Source of the DNA: Candidatus Marinacidobacterales bacterium
Lineage (GTDB): Bacteria > Acidobacteriota > Vicinamibacteria > Marinacidobacterales > SMYC01
Assembly (NCBI GenBank): GCA_965224085.1
Contig: CBDCYI010000005.1
Coordinates: 1,120,001-1,184,000 of the forward strand
Direction of reading: 5' to 3'
DNA: 64,000 bases
Shown here: positions 20,776 to 32,380 of the stretch, in pieces
Layout of the letters: each line of letters begins with the position of its first letter
Numbering within the stretch: the stretch's first letter is position 1
Translations under genes and position numbers: made by a program
The notes under the pieces: model-generated
The model's input: the letters and a program-made list of their open reading frames with translations, nothing else
The model's database searches: none
What the model was told of the DNA's origin: nothing

Positions 20776-21816
20776 TTAGTCGCGTCTTCCACGCTTTCTT
20801 TTTCTTGATGATGACGCCACAAGGCGTCGTCGACACCGCGAGCGAAGTCGATGGCAGCGGTGCGGCACCGTTTTCGCGTCACGCCAGTTGCCGGCGAAAA
20901 CATGGTGGGCGATCGGCCAACCGTCCACCATCACCAGACCGACAAGCACTTGCCGGTTACGCGGTCTGCGGTCGCGACTGTAGCCGTGGGCGCCGAGCCC
21001 CGGAGGGCCTTGACCTTCGAAGTACGTCGACGTCAGGTCGTAAAACACCATGTCAACCTCAAGCGAAAACAGATCCCGCAAGCGCAAAAACAGCTCTTTC
21101 TCGATCTGTTCTTTGCGGGCATGCAGCTGGTCGAGCGTTCGGTACCATTGCTTGAGTTGGCAAAACTCCACGCGAACCCGCGGGGAGCGACTCGCTCGCC
21201 GCTCCCCATCATCGCGCCACTGCGGCACCCACCGCCGCCCCTGCCGGTCGCAGACGAAGTCGGTCTCGAGCCAGCGCGCCAGACCGTGCTCGCTTGACGG
21301 AGCACATAGCCGGTTGGCGACCAGCACCAAAGCTCGCTCGCTTAGCGCCACTCCGTCGCGCTTGCCGCGGCCTCCGAGCCGGTCGAGAATCTGCTCCAGT
21401 CCGAGCTCGCGCCACAGCGTCGCCGTCACCACCATCGGACCCCAATCCCACGCGTCTGCCCCCGCGATCTGCTCGGCTGCTCGCTCGGTGTCGGCCGGTT
21501 CACCGGCCCCAAGCAACCGATTGAGGGAGTCGAGATTGGCAACTAGGAGATCCTTGCGCCCCAAGTTGCACACTACGCGTTGCTTCGGCTTGCCGTGCTC
21601 CCGATACGACTCGACCAGGCGGACATACTCATGTTGAACCCCTTTGCCGCCTGCGGCCCGAACGATGCGGAAGAACATAACCTGTCCTCACGCATACTAC
21701 ATATCATTGTCCACGATTACAACGTATTAATGGCGCTCAAAGCACAATATCTGTCTCTACGTTTTGGGCAAATTCAACCCCCGTTCCTTTGAATTCAGTC
21801 ACTTACGAGCGTTAGG
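20776..21816 (-). mobile_element. IS1634-family transposase fragment (CDS 20776-21678, 3' truncated) with probable left end
   Basis: YVRLVESYR, FYDLTSTYFEG, GYSRDRRP, FAGNWRD; similarity ends near 20865. Confidence 0.8.
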
Positions 21817-22263
21817 GTGCCCATAAAGGGTAAACATGGGCTAGACCTCCGCATTCGGCTCTCGGGCTTCAGCATGAAGCCGCTCGTGCGCTCGGGAAGC
21901 GTGCTGCGCTTCTCGGCCATGGCTGAGCCCGCGATGGGCGATATCGTGTTGCTACATTATCCCAGGCACAAATTGGTGGCGCACCGCGTCCTACGGCTCT
22001 CGCGCGAAAGCGTATGGACCAAAGGTGATTCGTGCGGCGCCCCCGATCCTCCCATCGCGCGGGCTCGGGTTCTGGCCGCCGCCACCTGCTTGGAGGTCGG
22101 GGCCGTCGAAATCCCACTCCAGAACCCGACGATGCGATCCTTGGGCCGGCTAGCGAGCCTTGTCTACCCCAAGCTCGTTCTGGCATTTCGTGCCTTTACC
22201 CGTCATTTCCGACCTTTTAGGCTCACGACGTGCCTTTCAAATCATACGGAATCATTACCTTAG
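21817..22263 (+). CDS. S24/S26 family peptidase, probably 5' truncated by the IS
   Basis: GFSMKP...GDIV...VAHRV...TKGD. Confidence 0.65.
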   Translation: MPIKGKHGLDLRIRLSGFSMKPLVRSGSVLRFSAMAEPAMGDIVLLHYPRHKLVAHRVLRLSRESVWTKGDSCGAPDPPIARARVLAAATCLEVGAVEIPLQNPTMRSLGRLASLVYPKLVLAFRAFTRHFRPFRLTTCLSNHTESLP

Positions 22264-22325
22264 AGTCATACGCCTCGCATTGATGAAGCAAGCGCAGACA
22301 TTCTGGAGACCCACACCCGCTTCAC

Positions 22326-23768
22326 TTGGAGAGGATCGTGATGTATAATTTTCCCCACACTCAAGAAACAACCGATGGAGCCGTCACTATGAGGGAGCCC
22401 GCTGGGCCGCAGGTTCTGATTGTCGATGATGACGCCAGCATGCAGCGGATGCTGAAGACCCGGCTCGAACGGGAGGGATACCACGTAGTCGCGGCAAACG
22501 ACGGGGACGTGGGCCTCGACCTCATCCGCAAGCAAGTCTTCAACCTGGTCATCACCGACATGAAAATGCCCAAATTGAAGGGCGACGAGCTGGCCCGGTC
22601 AATCACACAGTTCAATCCGGACATTCCAGTGATCATCATGACCGCCTATGGCGAAGTGAACGAAGCTGTCCGGCTCATGCAGGACGGCGTCTATCACTAC
22701 TTGACCAAGCCTTTCGACGTCGAAGACCTCGTCGAGAAAGCGCGTAAGGCTGTCGAGCGCCACCGCACCTACGCTGAGGTCAAGCAAGTCCGCACCAAAA
22801 TCATGAGCCGGCGCAAGTCGGACTTTATCGTGGGAGCGTGCTCAAAGATCGAAGAGCTCTTGACACAGATCTCGATCGTTGCCCAAAACGACGTCCCTGT
22901 GATCATCTACGGCGAGTCGGGCACCGGTAAGGAGCTCGTCGCGCGCGCCATCCACTACACGGGAAAACGTGCCGACAAGCCTTTCGTGGTCGAGAACTGC
23001 GGCGCGATACCCGAGAATTTGATCGAGAACGAGCTCTTCGGCCACGTGAAAGGCACTTATACGGACGCGCGGACGGATCACAAAGGTCTATTCGAAGAAG
23101 CGCATGACGGCACGCTGTTCCTCGATGAAATCGGCGAGCTTCCTCTGCCGCTGCAGGTAAAGTTTCTTCGGGTGCTCCAGGACGGCGAGTTCAAACGCAT
23201 CGGCTCGACCAGAGGCATCAAAGTCGACGTCAGGGTCATCGCCGCCACCAACAAAGATCTGATCCAAGCGATCTCGGAGAAGTCGTTCCGCGAGGATCTC
23301 TTCTACCGGTTGAACGTGATCCCGATCCACTTGCCGCCGCTACGCGAGCGCAAGGAAGACATCCCGCTTCTGATCAATCACTTCTTGACCGATTTTAACA
23401 AGGAGCTCGGCAAGATCGTAGAAGGTTTTTCGCCTGCCGCCATCCAGAAGATGATGACTTATCAGTGGCCGGGCAACATCCGTGAGCTCAAGAACAAAGT
23501 GAAGCAGGCGATGGTCTTGACGCGAAACAACGTCATTACCGCCGAAGACCTCTTCTTCCACGTCCCCGTCTCCTCGAACAAGTTCCAATCCTTCAAAGAG
23601 GCGAAGCGTGAGTTCGAGAAGGAGTACATTTCGCAAGTGCTCCGCATCTGTCAAGGCAACATTTCCCAGGCAGCGCGGCTCGCGAAGAAGGACCGCAAGG
23701 ACTTCTACGACGTGATGAAGAAGTACGGGATCGAGCCCGAAGCCTTTCGCAAGCAACAAACAGGCTGA
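22326..23768 (+). CDS. Sigma-54 response regulator (REC-AAA+-HTH, GlrR/NtrC-like)
   Basis: ITDMKMP, GESGTGKE, GTYTDA loop, LFLDEIGE, WPGNIREL; real start may be 22341 or 22389. Confidence 0.92.
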   Translation: MERIVMYNFPHTQETTDGAVTMREPAGPQVLIVDDDASMQRMLKTRLEREGYHVVAANDGDVGLDLIRKQVFNLVITDMKMPKLKGDELARSITQFNPDIPVIIMTAYGEVNEAVRLMQDGVYHYLTKPFDVEDLVEKARKAVERHRTYAEVKQVRTKIMSRRKSDFIVGACSKIEELLTQISIVAQNDVPVIIYGESGTGKELVARAIHYTGKRADKPFVVENCGAIPENLIENELFGHVKGTYTDARTDHKGLFEEAHDGTLFLDEIGELPLPLQVKFLRVLQDGEFKRIGSTRGIKVDVRVIAATNKDLIQAISEKSFREDLFYRLNVIPIHLPPLRERKEDIPLLINHFLTDFNKELGKIVEGFSPAAIQKMMTYQWPGNIRELKNKVKQAMVLTRNNVITAEDLFFHVPVSSNKFQSFKEAKREFEKEYISQVLRICQGNISQAARLAKKDRKDFYDVMKKYGIEPEAFRKQQTG

Positions 23769-24110
23769 CTGACAACCGAAAAAAGGGATGAGGTTGGCTG
23801 GCGCTTCCGGCTACCCGGCACCGGCTACCCCCGCGTGTTCGGGGCGCTTCGGAATGAGCCTCCCTCCAGGCGGGGATCTATCCGCACCTCTCTTCCTTTC
23901 CCCAGCTTGCCCTTCCCCTTTTCTTCGCGCCTCGATGTGAAGGGAAACGGGTTGTGCGGATAGAGTCAGCGTCACTACCTGTACGACTGTTACCTTGCTT
24001 CGATTGGTGCGGCTTTCGCCCACTTTCGCCGCCCGGCTCGGGGTGATAAAATCTCAAGTTACCGCGGAGCCCGCATCCCTCGCAGGGTTTGCGCTTTATC
24101 TGGAGGAATA

Positions 24111-25916
24111 ATGTCGAATGGGTACGATTTTGCTTTCGCCATTGGTGGGGCAGCCGGGCAGGGCATTGCGACCCCCGGTAACATTCTCGCGCGCATATTC
24201 GTGCGCAGGGGGATGCATCTTTACGCGTATAACGCGTACCAATCCATCATCCGTGGCGGGCACATCTTTCTAACGATCCGGGTCAAGAAAGAATCCGTCG
24301 ACAATCACGGCGACAAATTGGATCTCATCCTCGCGCTCAACCAGGACACGATGACCCGCCACGCGAAACACGTCGTCCCGGGCGGCGCCATCATCTATAA
24401 CAGCGGCAACATCACTCCCGCCGAAGACCTACAAGAGGCCGTTCAGCTCTGTGGCCTGCCGATCAAAGAGCTGACGAATGACAGTCGGAACAAGCTCTTG
24501 CAGAACACCGTCGCGCTCGGCGTCATGATCCATCTCATGGGCGTCGATTTCAGAGTTCTGGAAGACGCCCTCACGCTCCAGTTCAAGCGCAAAGGCCAAG
24601 AAGTCGTCGACGAGAACGTGAACACGGCGCGCGCGGGCTACGACTATGCGGAAGCCAATTTCACCGCGTTTCCGGCAGCTCTGCCCGAGCAAGAAATGCC
24701 TCTCGCTGTTTGGACCGGCAACGACGCTATCGGGATGGGCGGCGCGGCGGCTGGCGTAAAGTTCTACACCGCCTACCCGATGAGCCCTGCGACAGGCGTT
24801 TTACACTGGATGGCCAAGAACGCGCGTGAGTGCGGCATCATGGTGCGACAGATCGAAGACGAGATCGGTGTCGCCAACGTGGCGCTCGGCGCGGCCCAAA
24901 CGGGCGCGCGCGCGATGTGCGCGACGTCGGGCGGCGGCTTCGCCCTCATGACCGAGGCGGTCGGTGCCGCGAGCATGATGGAGATCCCGGTCGTGTTCGT
25001 CGACGTGCAACGCGCCGGTCCATCTACGGGTGTTCCGACAAAGACCGAGCAAGGCGACCTCTGGCAAGTGCTCGGCGCCAGCCAGGGCGACTTCGAACGA
25101 ATCATCGTCGCGCCGAAGAGCGCGCTCGACGCTTTCAATACCGTCGCGGAGCTTTTCAACCTTGTCGATCACTACCAGTGCCCCGCCATCATTCTCTCGG
25201 ACCTCTTGATCTCGGAAGGCACGTTCAGCGTCGACCCGGATGCGATCAACATGCAGCCCGCGATCGACCGTGGCGAGATGATCACCGAGGGCGGTTCTTC
25301 GAACGGCTACAAACGCTACCAGATGACGGAGAGCGGCATCTCACCGCGCGCTATTCCGGGTGTCCCGGGCCACGCGCACGTCGCCCCAACGGACGAGCAC
25401 GACGAGGACGGTGTTCTCATCAGTGACGAGTTCACGAACCCGCACAAGCGGCGTGAGATGGTCGAAAAGCGCGCGCGCAAACTCTCGACGTTCTTCGACA
25501 AGGTCGAAGCACCCGAGCTCGAAGGACCCGAGGATGCCGATGTCACGCTTGTCGGCTTCGGCTCGACCGAAGGCGTCATCCGCGAGGCCCGCGAGTGCCT
25601 CGAAGAGAAGGGCGTCAAGGCCAACCAGCTCGCTGTCAAGTGGATCCTGCCGTTCCACGCGGACGCAGTGTCCGAGATTTTGAACACGTCGAAAAAAAAC
25701 GTCATCGTCGAGAACAACTATTCGGGCCAGTTTCACCGCTTCCTTCGAAGCGAGACGGGCCTTTCAGTGGATGGGCACATCCGCAAATATGACGGCGAGC
25801 CCTTCCAGCCACACCACATCGTCGACGGCGTGATGCACCACTTGGGTGACAAGAAGGGCGCGTTGGCCGGAAACGACGACGGCGTCTTCGTTCCCTTTCA
25901 AGAGATCCTCGTTTAG
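24111..25916 (+). CDS. korA: 2-oxoacid:ferredoxin oxidoreductase alpha subunit
   Basis: GGAAGQG, YPMSP, ATSGGGF, QRAGPSTGVPT; GGAGG RBS; substrate specificity not determinable. Confidence 0.9.
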   Translation: MSNGYDFAFAIGGAAGQGIATPGNILARIFVRRGMHLYAYNAYQSIIRGGHIFLTIRVKKESVDNHGDKLDLILALNQDTMTRHAKHVVPGGAIIYNSGNITPAEDLQEAVQLCGLPIKELTNDSRNKLLQNTVALGVMIHLMGVDFRVLEDALTLQFKRKGQEVVDENVNTARAGYDYAEANFTAFPAALPEQEMPLAVWTGNDAIGMGGAAAGVKFYTAYPMSPATGVLHWMAKNARECGIMVRQIEDEIGVANVALGAAQTGARAMCATSGGGFALMTEAVGAASMMEIPVVFVDVQRAGPSTGVPTKTEQGDLWQVLGASQGDFERIIVAPKSALDAFNTVAELFNLVDHYQCPAIILSDLLISEGTFSVDPDAINMQPAIDRGEMITEGGSSNGYKRYQMTESGISPRAIPGVPGHAHVAPTDEHDEDGVLISDEFTNPHKRREMVEKRARKLSTFFDKVEAPELEGPEDADVTLVGFGSTEGVIREARECLEEKGVKANQLAVKWILPFHADAVSEILNTSKKNVIVENNYSGQFHRFLRSETGLSVDGHIRKYDGEPFQPHHIVDGVMHHLGDKKGALAGNDDGVFVPFQEILV

Positions 25917-25925
25917 GAGACTGAT

Positions 25926-26813
25926 ATGGCGACAACGACTCTACCTGAGCTCAAAGCAAAAGACTTCAAGGGCAAAGTCGATCCGGACTGGTGCCCCGGG
26001 TGCGGTGATTTCGGCCTCTTGAACTCGATCCAAAAAGCGCTGGCCGAGCTCGGTAAGAAGCCGCACGAGGTCATGTGCGTCAGCGGCATCGGCTGCTCTT
26101 CCAACTTGCCGGGTTATCTCAGCACTTATGGGATGCACACGCTCCACGGTCGCGCTCTCGCAGTGGCGACAGGCGTGAAATTCGCCAACCACGACTTGAC
26201 CGTCATCGCCGCCGGCGGTGACGGCGACGGCTATGGCATCGGCGGCAACCACTTCGCCCACACGGCGCGCCGTAACGTCGACATCACCTACCTCGTCATG
26301 AACAACCAGATCTACGGGTTGACGACGGGTCAGGTCAGCCCCGCCAGCGAGACCGGCATGAAGACGAAGTCGACACCGTTCGGCAACTTGGAGCGGCCCG
26401 TTAACGCCGTGACGACCGCGATCATGAACGGCGCAACCTTCGTGGCACGCGGGTTCTCGGGCCACGGTAAACACCTTCTATCAACGATCAAACAGGCGAT
26501 CGAGCATAACGGCTTTTCGCTCGTCGACGTGTTCAGTCCCTGCGTCACCTTCAACCACGACAACACCTACGACTTTTTCCGTCAGCGCATCAAGAAGTTG
26601 GAAGAAGAAGGCCACGATCCCTCGGACTGGAAGAGCGCCTGTGAAAAAGCCATGTCTTGGGACGACGAGATCTTCACCGGTGTCTACTATCAGGACAAAG
26701 ACGTCCCCGCGCTCAACGACCAAGAGCCCGTGCTCGAGGCCGGCCCCCTCGCGCACCAAACCCCGGGTCTGACCACAGAGCAAAGCAAGCGCATCATCAA
26801 GAGGATGATGTAG
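25926..26813 (+). CDS. korB: 2-oxoacid:ferredoxin oxidoreductase beta subunit
   Basis: WCPGCGD, SGIGCS, GDGD...NNQIYGLT, SPCVTFN. Confidence 0.9.
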   Translation: MATTTLPELKAKDFKGKVDPDWCPGCGDFGLLNSIQKALAELGKKPHEVMCVSGIGCSSNLPGYLSTYGMHTLHGRALAVATGVKFANHDLTVIAAGGDGDGYGIGGNHFAHTARRNVDITYLVMNNQIYGLTTGQVSPASETGMKTKSTPFGNLERPVNAVTTAIMNGATFVARGFSGHGKHLLSTIKQAIEHNGFSLVDVFSPCVTFNHDNTYDFFRQRIKKLEEEGHDPSDWKSACEKAMSWDDEIFTGVYYQDKDVPALNDQEPVLEAGPLAHQTPGLTTEQSKRIIKRMM

Positions 26814-26827
26814 GCTCCTCCGCGTTC

Positions 26828-26869
26828 CGGCGCCATCTGCTTTCGTCGCACGTGGCGCCGTTTTTGTTT
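26828..26869 (+). terminator. Intrinsic terminator after korB
   Basis: CGGCGCCA...TGGCGCCG stem followed by TTTTTGTTT. Confidence 0.55.
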
Positions 26870-26989
26870 CGAAGAGAACTCGATTGAGTGAAACTGGACG
26901 ACATTTGCCGGCGACTTGACCCGCGGCCTCTGAGTCGATAGCATGAATGCGCTCCCCCCAATCATTCGCAAGGAAGGTTCGGTGCATAT

Positions 26990-28946
26990 TTGATGTGCCC
27001 GATTTTTGTTTGGACGAAGGAACCGGAGTGGCTCTCCGAGCGACGCTACCCCGAGATCTATCGGCACTTCTCCGAGATCTATCGGCACTTCTCCGTTGAG
27101 CGCATCGACGAGCTCCCAAAAACACCGGGCGTTCTCGTCATCGATGACGCCATCTATTCCGAGCACACAATCGCGATCGGAGCCTGGGTAGGACGCTTCG
27201 GACCCGTCTCGCCACCCATCCTGACCGAGGCGGCCGAGGACGCGCACGTGGCCGATGTCATCGGGGCCGCGGGCGAAAAAGAGCTCTGGCGCAAGCTCCG
27301 AAATGCGACGCGCAACCTCGAAGCCCGGCTCGAGCTGGACGCTTCCGAGAAGGCGGCGGAGAAGACTCGCGCCCAGCTCGAAGAACTCCACGCCATCGGC
27401 ATCGCGCTCTCCGCGGAGCGGGATCATCAGCGTTTGTTGAATCTGATCCTCAGCAAAGCGCGCGAGATCACGAGCGCGGACGCGGGCAGTCTCTTTCTCG
27501 TCGCGAGGATTGACCAAACCGTCGCGCATCCCGACGGGCGCGAAGAGCATTTCACCGCCCGATGGCTAAAATTTCGGTTGGCCCAAAATGACTCGCGCAA
27601 GCTTCGCTTCGAAGAAGAAATCTTGCCGATCAGCCCCGACAGCATCGCGGGTTACGTGGCGGAGACGGGCGAGACGCTGAACCTGGAAGATGCCTACGCG
27701 CCGCCGGCAGACAAACCTTTCGTTCACAATCGTAGCTTCGACGAAGCGACCGGTTATCGCGCCGTCTCGATGCTCGTCGTCCCGATGCAGAATCAAGAAG
27801 GCGATTGCATCGGCGTTCTTCAGCTGATCAACAAAAAGATGGCCCGAGACGCTGTGCTCGAGACCCGGGAGAGCTTTGCGCGCGAAGTACTCCCGTTCGA
27901 CGAGGACGACGAGCGTCTTGTGCGCTCGCTTGCGAGCCAAGCCGCGGTCTCCGTTGAGAACAACGATCTCTATCGGGAACGAGAGAAGCTCTTCGAGCGT
28001 TTCGTGCTCGCCGCCGTGAAGGCCATCGAGAGCCGCGACAAGACCACGCAGGGACACTCCAACCGCGTCGCGCGCATGACGAAAGAACTGGCCGTCGTTA
28101 CCACGCGAGCGGACACGGGAGTCTATTTCGCGATTCCGAATGAGCGAAGAGCAAATCCGCGAGCTGAACTACGCGGCGCTCCTCCACGATTTCGGAAAAG
28201 TCGGCGTCAAAGAAAAAGTTCTTCTGAAGGGCAAGAAGCTCTATCACGGCGAGATGGAGGGGCTGCGTCAGCGATTCAAGACGATCAAACGGACCTTCGA
28301 AGCTCAATTTCTTCGAAAAATGCTCGACCGTCTTCTTCGCGGCGACGCGACCCCCGAACAGATCCTCCGAATGAAGGAGGAGCTGGCACGGAAGCTCGTC
28401 GACGTGGACGCCGCGCGTGAGAGCGTCGAGGCCGCTAACGAGCCGAGCGTCATGGAGTCCGCCGTCTTCGAGGACCTCGACACGATCGCGAGGCTGACCT
28501 ACGAAGATGATGATGGAAGCGAACGCAACTACCTCGAGCCGACAGAGCTCGCCGCGCTTAGCCTCTCGAGAGGCACTTTGACGAGCAAAGAGCGCGACCA
28601 GATACAATCCCACGTCCAACACACATATGACTTTCTAGAAACCATCCCGTGGACGGGCGATCTGCGCAAGATCCCCGAGCTCGCACGTGGCCATCACGAA
28701 AAGCTCGATGGGAGCGGCTATCCGAAGAGTATCCAAGCAGTCGATATTCCTCCCCAGACGCGCATGATGACGATCTCCGATATTTACGACGCGCTCACCG
28801 CCAAAGACCGGCCCTATAAGCCCGCGGTCACGACCGAATCGGCCATCGGCATCCTGGAATCGGAGGCCGAAGCGGGCAAGCTCGACCGCGCCCTTCTCGA
28901 TCTATTCATCGAAGCCAAAGTCTTTCAGCAAGGGATCGTCAACTAA
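26990..28946 (+). CDS. GAF + HD-GYP phosphodiesterase, frameshifted near 28126
   Basis: GAF (SIAGYVA, SMLVVPM), TQGHSNRV, then AALLHDFGK...HHEKLDGSGYP...DRPYK; removing one T in TATTT joins the frames. Confidence 0.85.
27051..27092 (+). repeat. Exact 21-bp tandem duplication (EIYRHFS x2)
   Basis: CCGAGATCTATCGGCACTTCT present twice. Confidence 0.9.
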
Positions 28947-28950
28947 TTCC

Positions 28951-29036
28951 CAGTCCAATCCACCGATTGGACTGTATACATACAACCCAATTGGCCATTG
29001 GTTGACACGATGACTTCTAATTGTTAGAACATTGGC
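28951..29036 (+). promoter_or_regulatory. pdxR promoter with candidate MocR-type operator
   Basis: CAGTCCAATC-CACC-GATTGGACTG inverted repeat, further CCAAT/ATTGG motifs, TTGACA-17-TAGAAC with TGn extension, 6 nt before ATG. Confidence 0.6.
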
Positions 29037-30551
29037 ATGGGCCAATGGCGAGATGCGCTCGAGCTCGACCGAACTTCGAAGAAGCCGCTCTACCAGCAAC
29101 TTCAGACGCTCATCGGGGCGCGGATCGAAAACGGGGGGCTTCCGCCGGGGACTAAGCTTCCTGCGAGCCGCGACCTCGCCGCGCAACTAGGCATCAACCG
29201 GAATACGGTCACGAACGCCTATAAAGAGCTCACGAAAACCGGCCACGTTCGATCGCATGTAGGCCAGGGGACCTTCGTGAGCGAGCGCGCCACGAGCGCG
29301 CCTTCCCCACTCCGCTGGTCGTTCTCTCGGGCGGTGGAAGGCGCCCGACAGCGCGTGCCCTCACCAACGGAGACCACGCCCCATCCCGATCCGATCGACT
29401 TCGCGTCTCTCGTACCCGATGAAGGGCTCTTCCCGGTGGAGCCCTTCCGCGTCGTCCTCGACGCGGTGCTCAAGCGTGAGGGGAAGAAGCTTTTGCAATA
29501 CGGTCCGGCCGCGGGACACCCGCCGCTGCGCCGCTACATCGCCGAGCGGCTCGCCGAGCGAGGGGTTCGGACCACGACGGAGAACGTTCTCATTGTCAAC
29601 GGCTCTCAGCAAGCGCTCGACTTAATCTGTCGCACCTTGCTCGACCCAGGAGACCCGGTCGTCGTCGAGAGCCCGACCTACACGATCGTTTTGCCGCTGC
29701 TCGCGCAATATCAGGCGCGAATCGATGAGGTCGCGATGACGCCGCGCGGCATGGACCTCGATGCTCTCGAGGCGCAGCTGACACGCTCGCGGCCGAAGCT
29801 TCTTTTCACGATGCCGACTTTCCACAACCCGACCGGAATCACCATGGATCTCGCGTCGCGAAGACGCCTCGTGGATCTCGCCGCGCGGTTCCGAGTCCCC
29901 ATCGTCGAGGACGACTTCGACTCCGAGCTGCGCTTCAATGGCAAGCCCGTGCCGCCTTTGAAAGCGCTCGACGAGCAAGACTGCGTGGCGTATATCGGAA
30001 CCTTTTCGAAAGGCCTCTTCCCTGGGCTCCGGCTTGGGTGGATCGTCGCGCCTCGAGACGTCGTGGTCACACTCCGCCGCAGCAAGCTCATCTCCGATTA
30101 CCACACGAGCCTACTTCTTCAAGCCGCCGTACTCGAATTTTGTGAGCGCGGATACTACAGCGAGCATCTAAAGAAGCTCGCCCTCATCTATCGGGAGAAA
30201 AGCCGCAAGCTCATCGGCGCACTCGAACGCTTTTTCCCGAAAACCGTGAGCTGGACGGAGCCCGAAGGCGGCTTTGCCTCTTGGGTCACGCTCCCGGAGA
30301 ACGTCTCGGCCGAAGCGGTCCTAGCCGAGAGCTCCGTCGACGGTGTAATGTTCACGCCCGGCTCTAACTTCTTTGCGCGCGGTCAAGGAAAACGTTTCCT
30401 GCGTCTCTCCATTTCCAGAGTTTCTCTGGAGCATATCGAGTTGGGTATCAAGAAGCTCGGCGCGACCCTCGAGCGGCTGCTCGACCGCGAGACGGGCGAA
30501 GAGACTTCTGGGCCGGGCGAGAGAGAGCAAGAGCCTGCTCTGCATATTTGA
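29037..30551 (+). CDS. pdxR: MocR/GntR PLP-dependent regulator, likely PdxR
   Basis: wHTH (LPASRDLA, GQGTFV) plus aminotransferase domain (FHNPTG, TFSK); directly upstream of pdxST. Confidence 0.8.
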   Translation: MGQWRDALELDRTSKKPLYQQLQTLIGARIENGGLPPGTKLPASRDLAAQLGINRNTVTNAYKELTKTGHVRSHVGQGTFVSERATSAPSPLRWSFSRAVEGARQRVPSPTETTPHPDPIDFASLVPDEGLFPVEPFRVVLDAVLKREGKKLLQYGPAAGHPPLRRYIAERLAERGVRTTTENVLIVNGSQQALDLICRTLLDPGDPVVVESPTYTIVLPLLAQYQARIDEVAMTPRGMDLDALEAQLTRSRPKLLFTMPTFHNPTGITMDLASRRRLVDLAARFRVPIVEDDFDSELRFNGKPVPPLKALDEQDCVAYIGTFSKGLFPGLRLGWIVAPRDVVVTLRRSKLISDYHTSLLLQAAVLEFCERGYYSEHLKKLALIYREKSRKLIGALERFFPKTVSWTEPEGGFASWVTLPENVSAEAVLAESSVDGVMFTPGSNFFARGQGKRFLRLSISRVSLEHIELGIKKLGATLERLLDRETGEETSGPGEREQEPALHI

Positions 30552-30578
30552 ATTGCCTAATTTCATCGGAGGTAACAA

Positions 30579-31460
<882 letters not shown>

Positions 31461-31509
31461 CCAGTAGTCAGCGGTAGCCGGTTGCCCACAACGAGCAACG
31501 GACAAAACA

Positions 31510-32082
31510 GTGAATAACGGAATCGGAGTGTTGGCGCTTCAAGGCGATTACGTGGAGCACCAGCGCATGCTGGAGCGGCTCGGCCGGAGCTCGCGACAGA
31601 TCCGGAAAGCTTCGGAGCTCGAAGGCCTCCGTGCTCTCATCCTTCCTGGAGGTGAGAGCACGACGATGGTCAAGTTCTTGGAGGAGGAAGAGCTGATGGA
31701 GCCGCTCCGGGATTTCTACGCATCCGGCGGGGCGCTTTACGGAACGTGCGCGGGCACGATCCTCCTGGCGCGCACCGTCTCCGCGCCGAGCCAAGCCTCC
31801 CTCGGCCTCATGGATATCGACGTCGAGCGCAATGGCTATGGCCGGCAAATCGACAGTCACGAGAGCCCTGGAGCCTGCCGCGAGCTTGGCGATGAGCCGC
31901 TGCCTATGGTCTTCATCCGGGCCCCGATCCTCTCCCGCACGGGCCCGGAAGTCCGAGTGCTCGCCGAGCACCGGAACCAACCGGTGCTCGTACGTCAGGG
32001 ACGGTTGCTCGCGAGCACATTTCACCCTGAGCTTTCAAACGATCGTCGCGTGCACCGGTATTTTCTGGATGAGGTCGCCTGA
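31510..32082 (+). CDS. pdxT: PLP synthase glutaminase subunit
   Basis: GVLALQG, PGGESTT, GTCAG, FHPEL. Confidence 0.97.
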   Translation: MNNGIGVLALQGDYVEHQRMLERLGRSSRQIRKASELEGLRALILPGGESTTMVKFLEEEELMEPLRDFYASGGALYGTCAGTILLARTVSAPSQASLGLMDIDVERNGYGRQIDSHESPGACRELGDEPLPMVFIRAPILSRTGPEVRVLAEHRNQPVLVRQGRLLASTFHPELSNDRRVHRYFLDEVA

Positions 32083-32380
32083 CGACCCCATTGGCGAGAC
32101 GCTTTCCTCCCATTCCGATTCAATTTGTTGGCCCGCTGTTATGTAAAGCTCTTGCCACGGCTGTAAAGGATCTGGATCGAGGCCGCCGGCGGCGTGCCTG
32201 TTTTCCCTTAGATAGTGGACATTACTGTTCTCTTCGTTTGGCACCAAACTTGCGTTCAAATGAGCGATGTTCCAAAAAGAAAACCCGGCACGTTCCACAG
32301 CCGCCCACCGTCCGATTTCGGACGCAAAGCACTGCGGAACCAACCGAGTCCGTCGCTCGTCTAAAGATCGATAGATCCCA

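Noticed and set aside
27051-27092. Functional 7-aa repeat
   Set aside because: A single exact duplication, consistent with slippage or an assembly artefact
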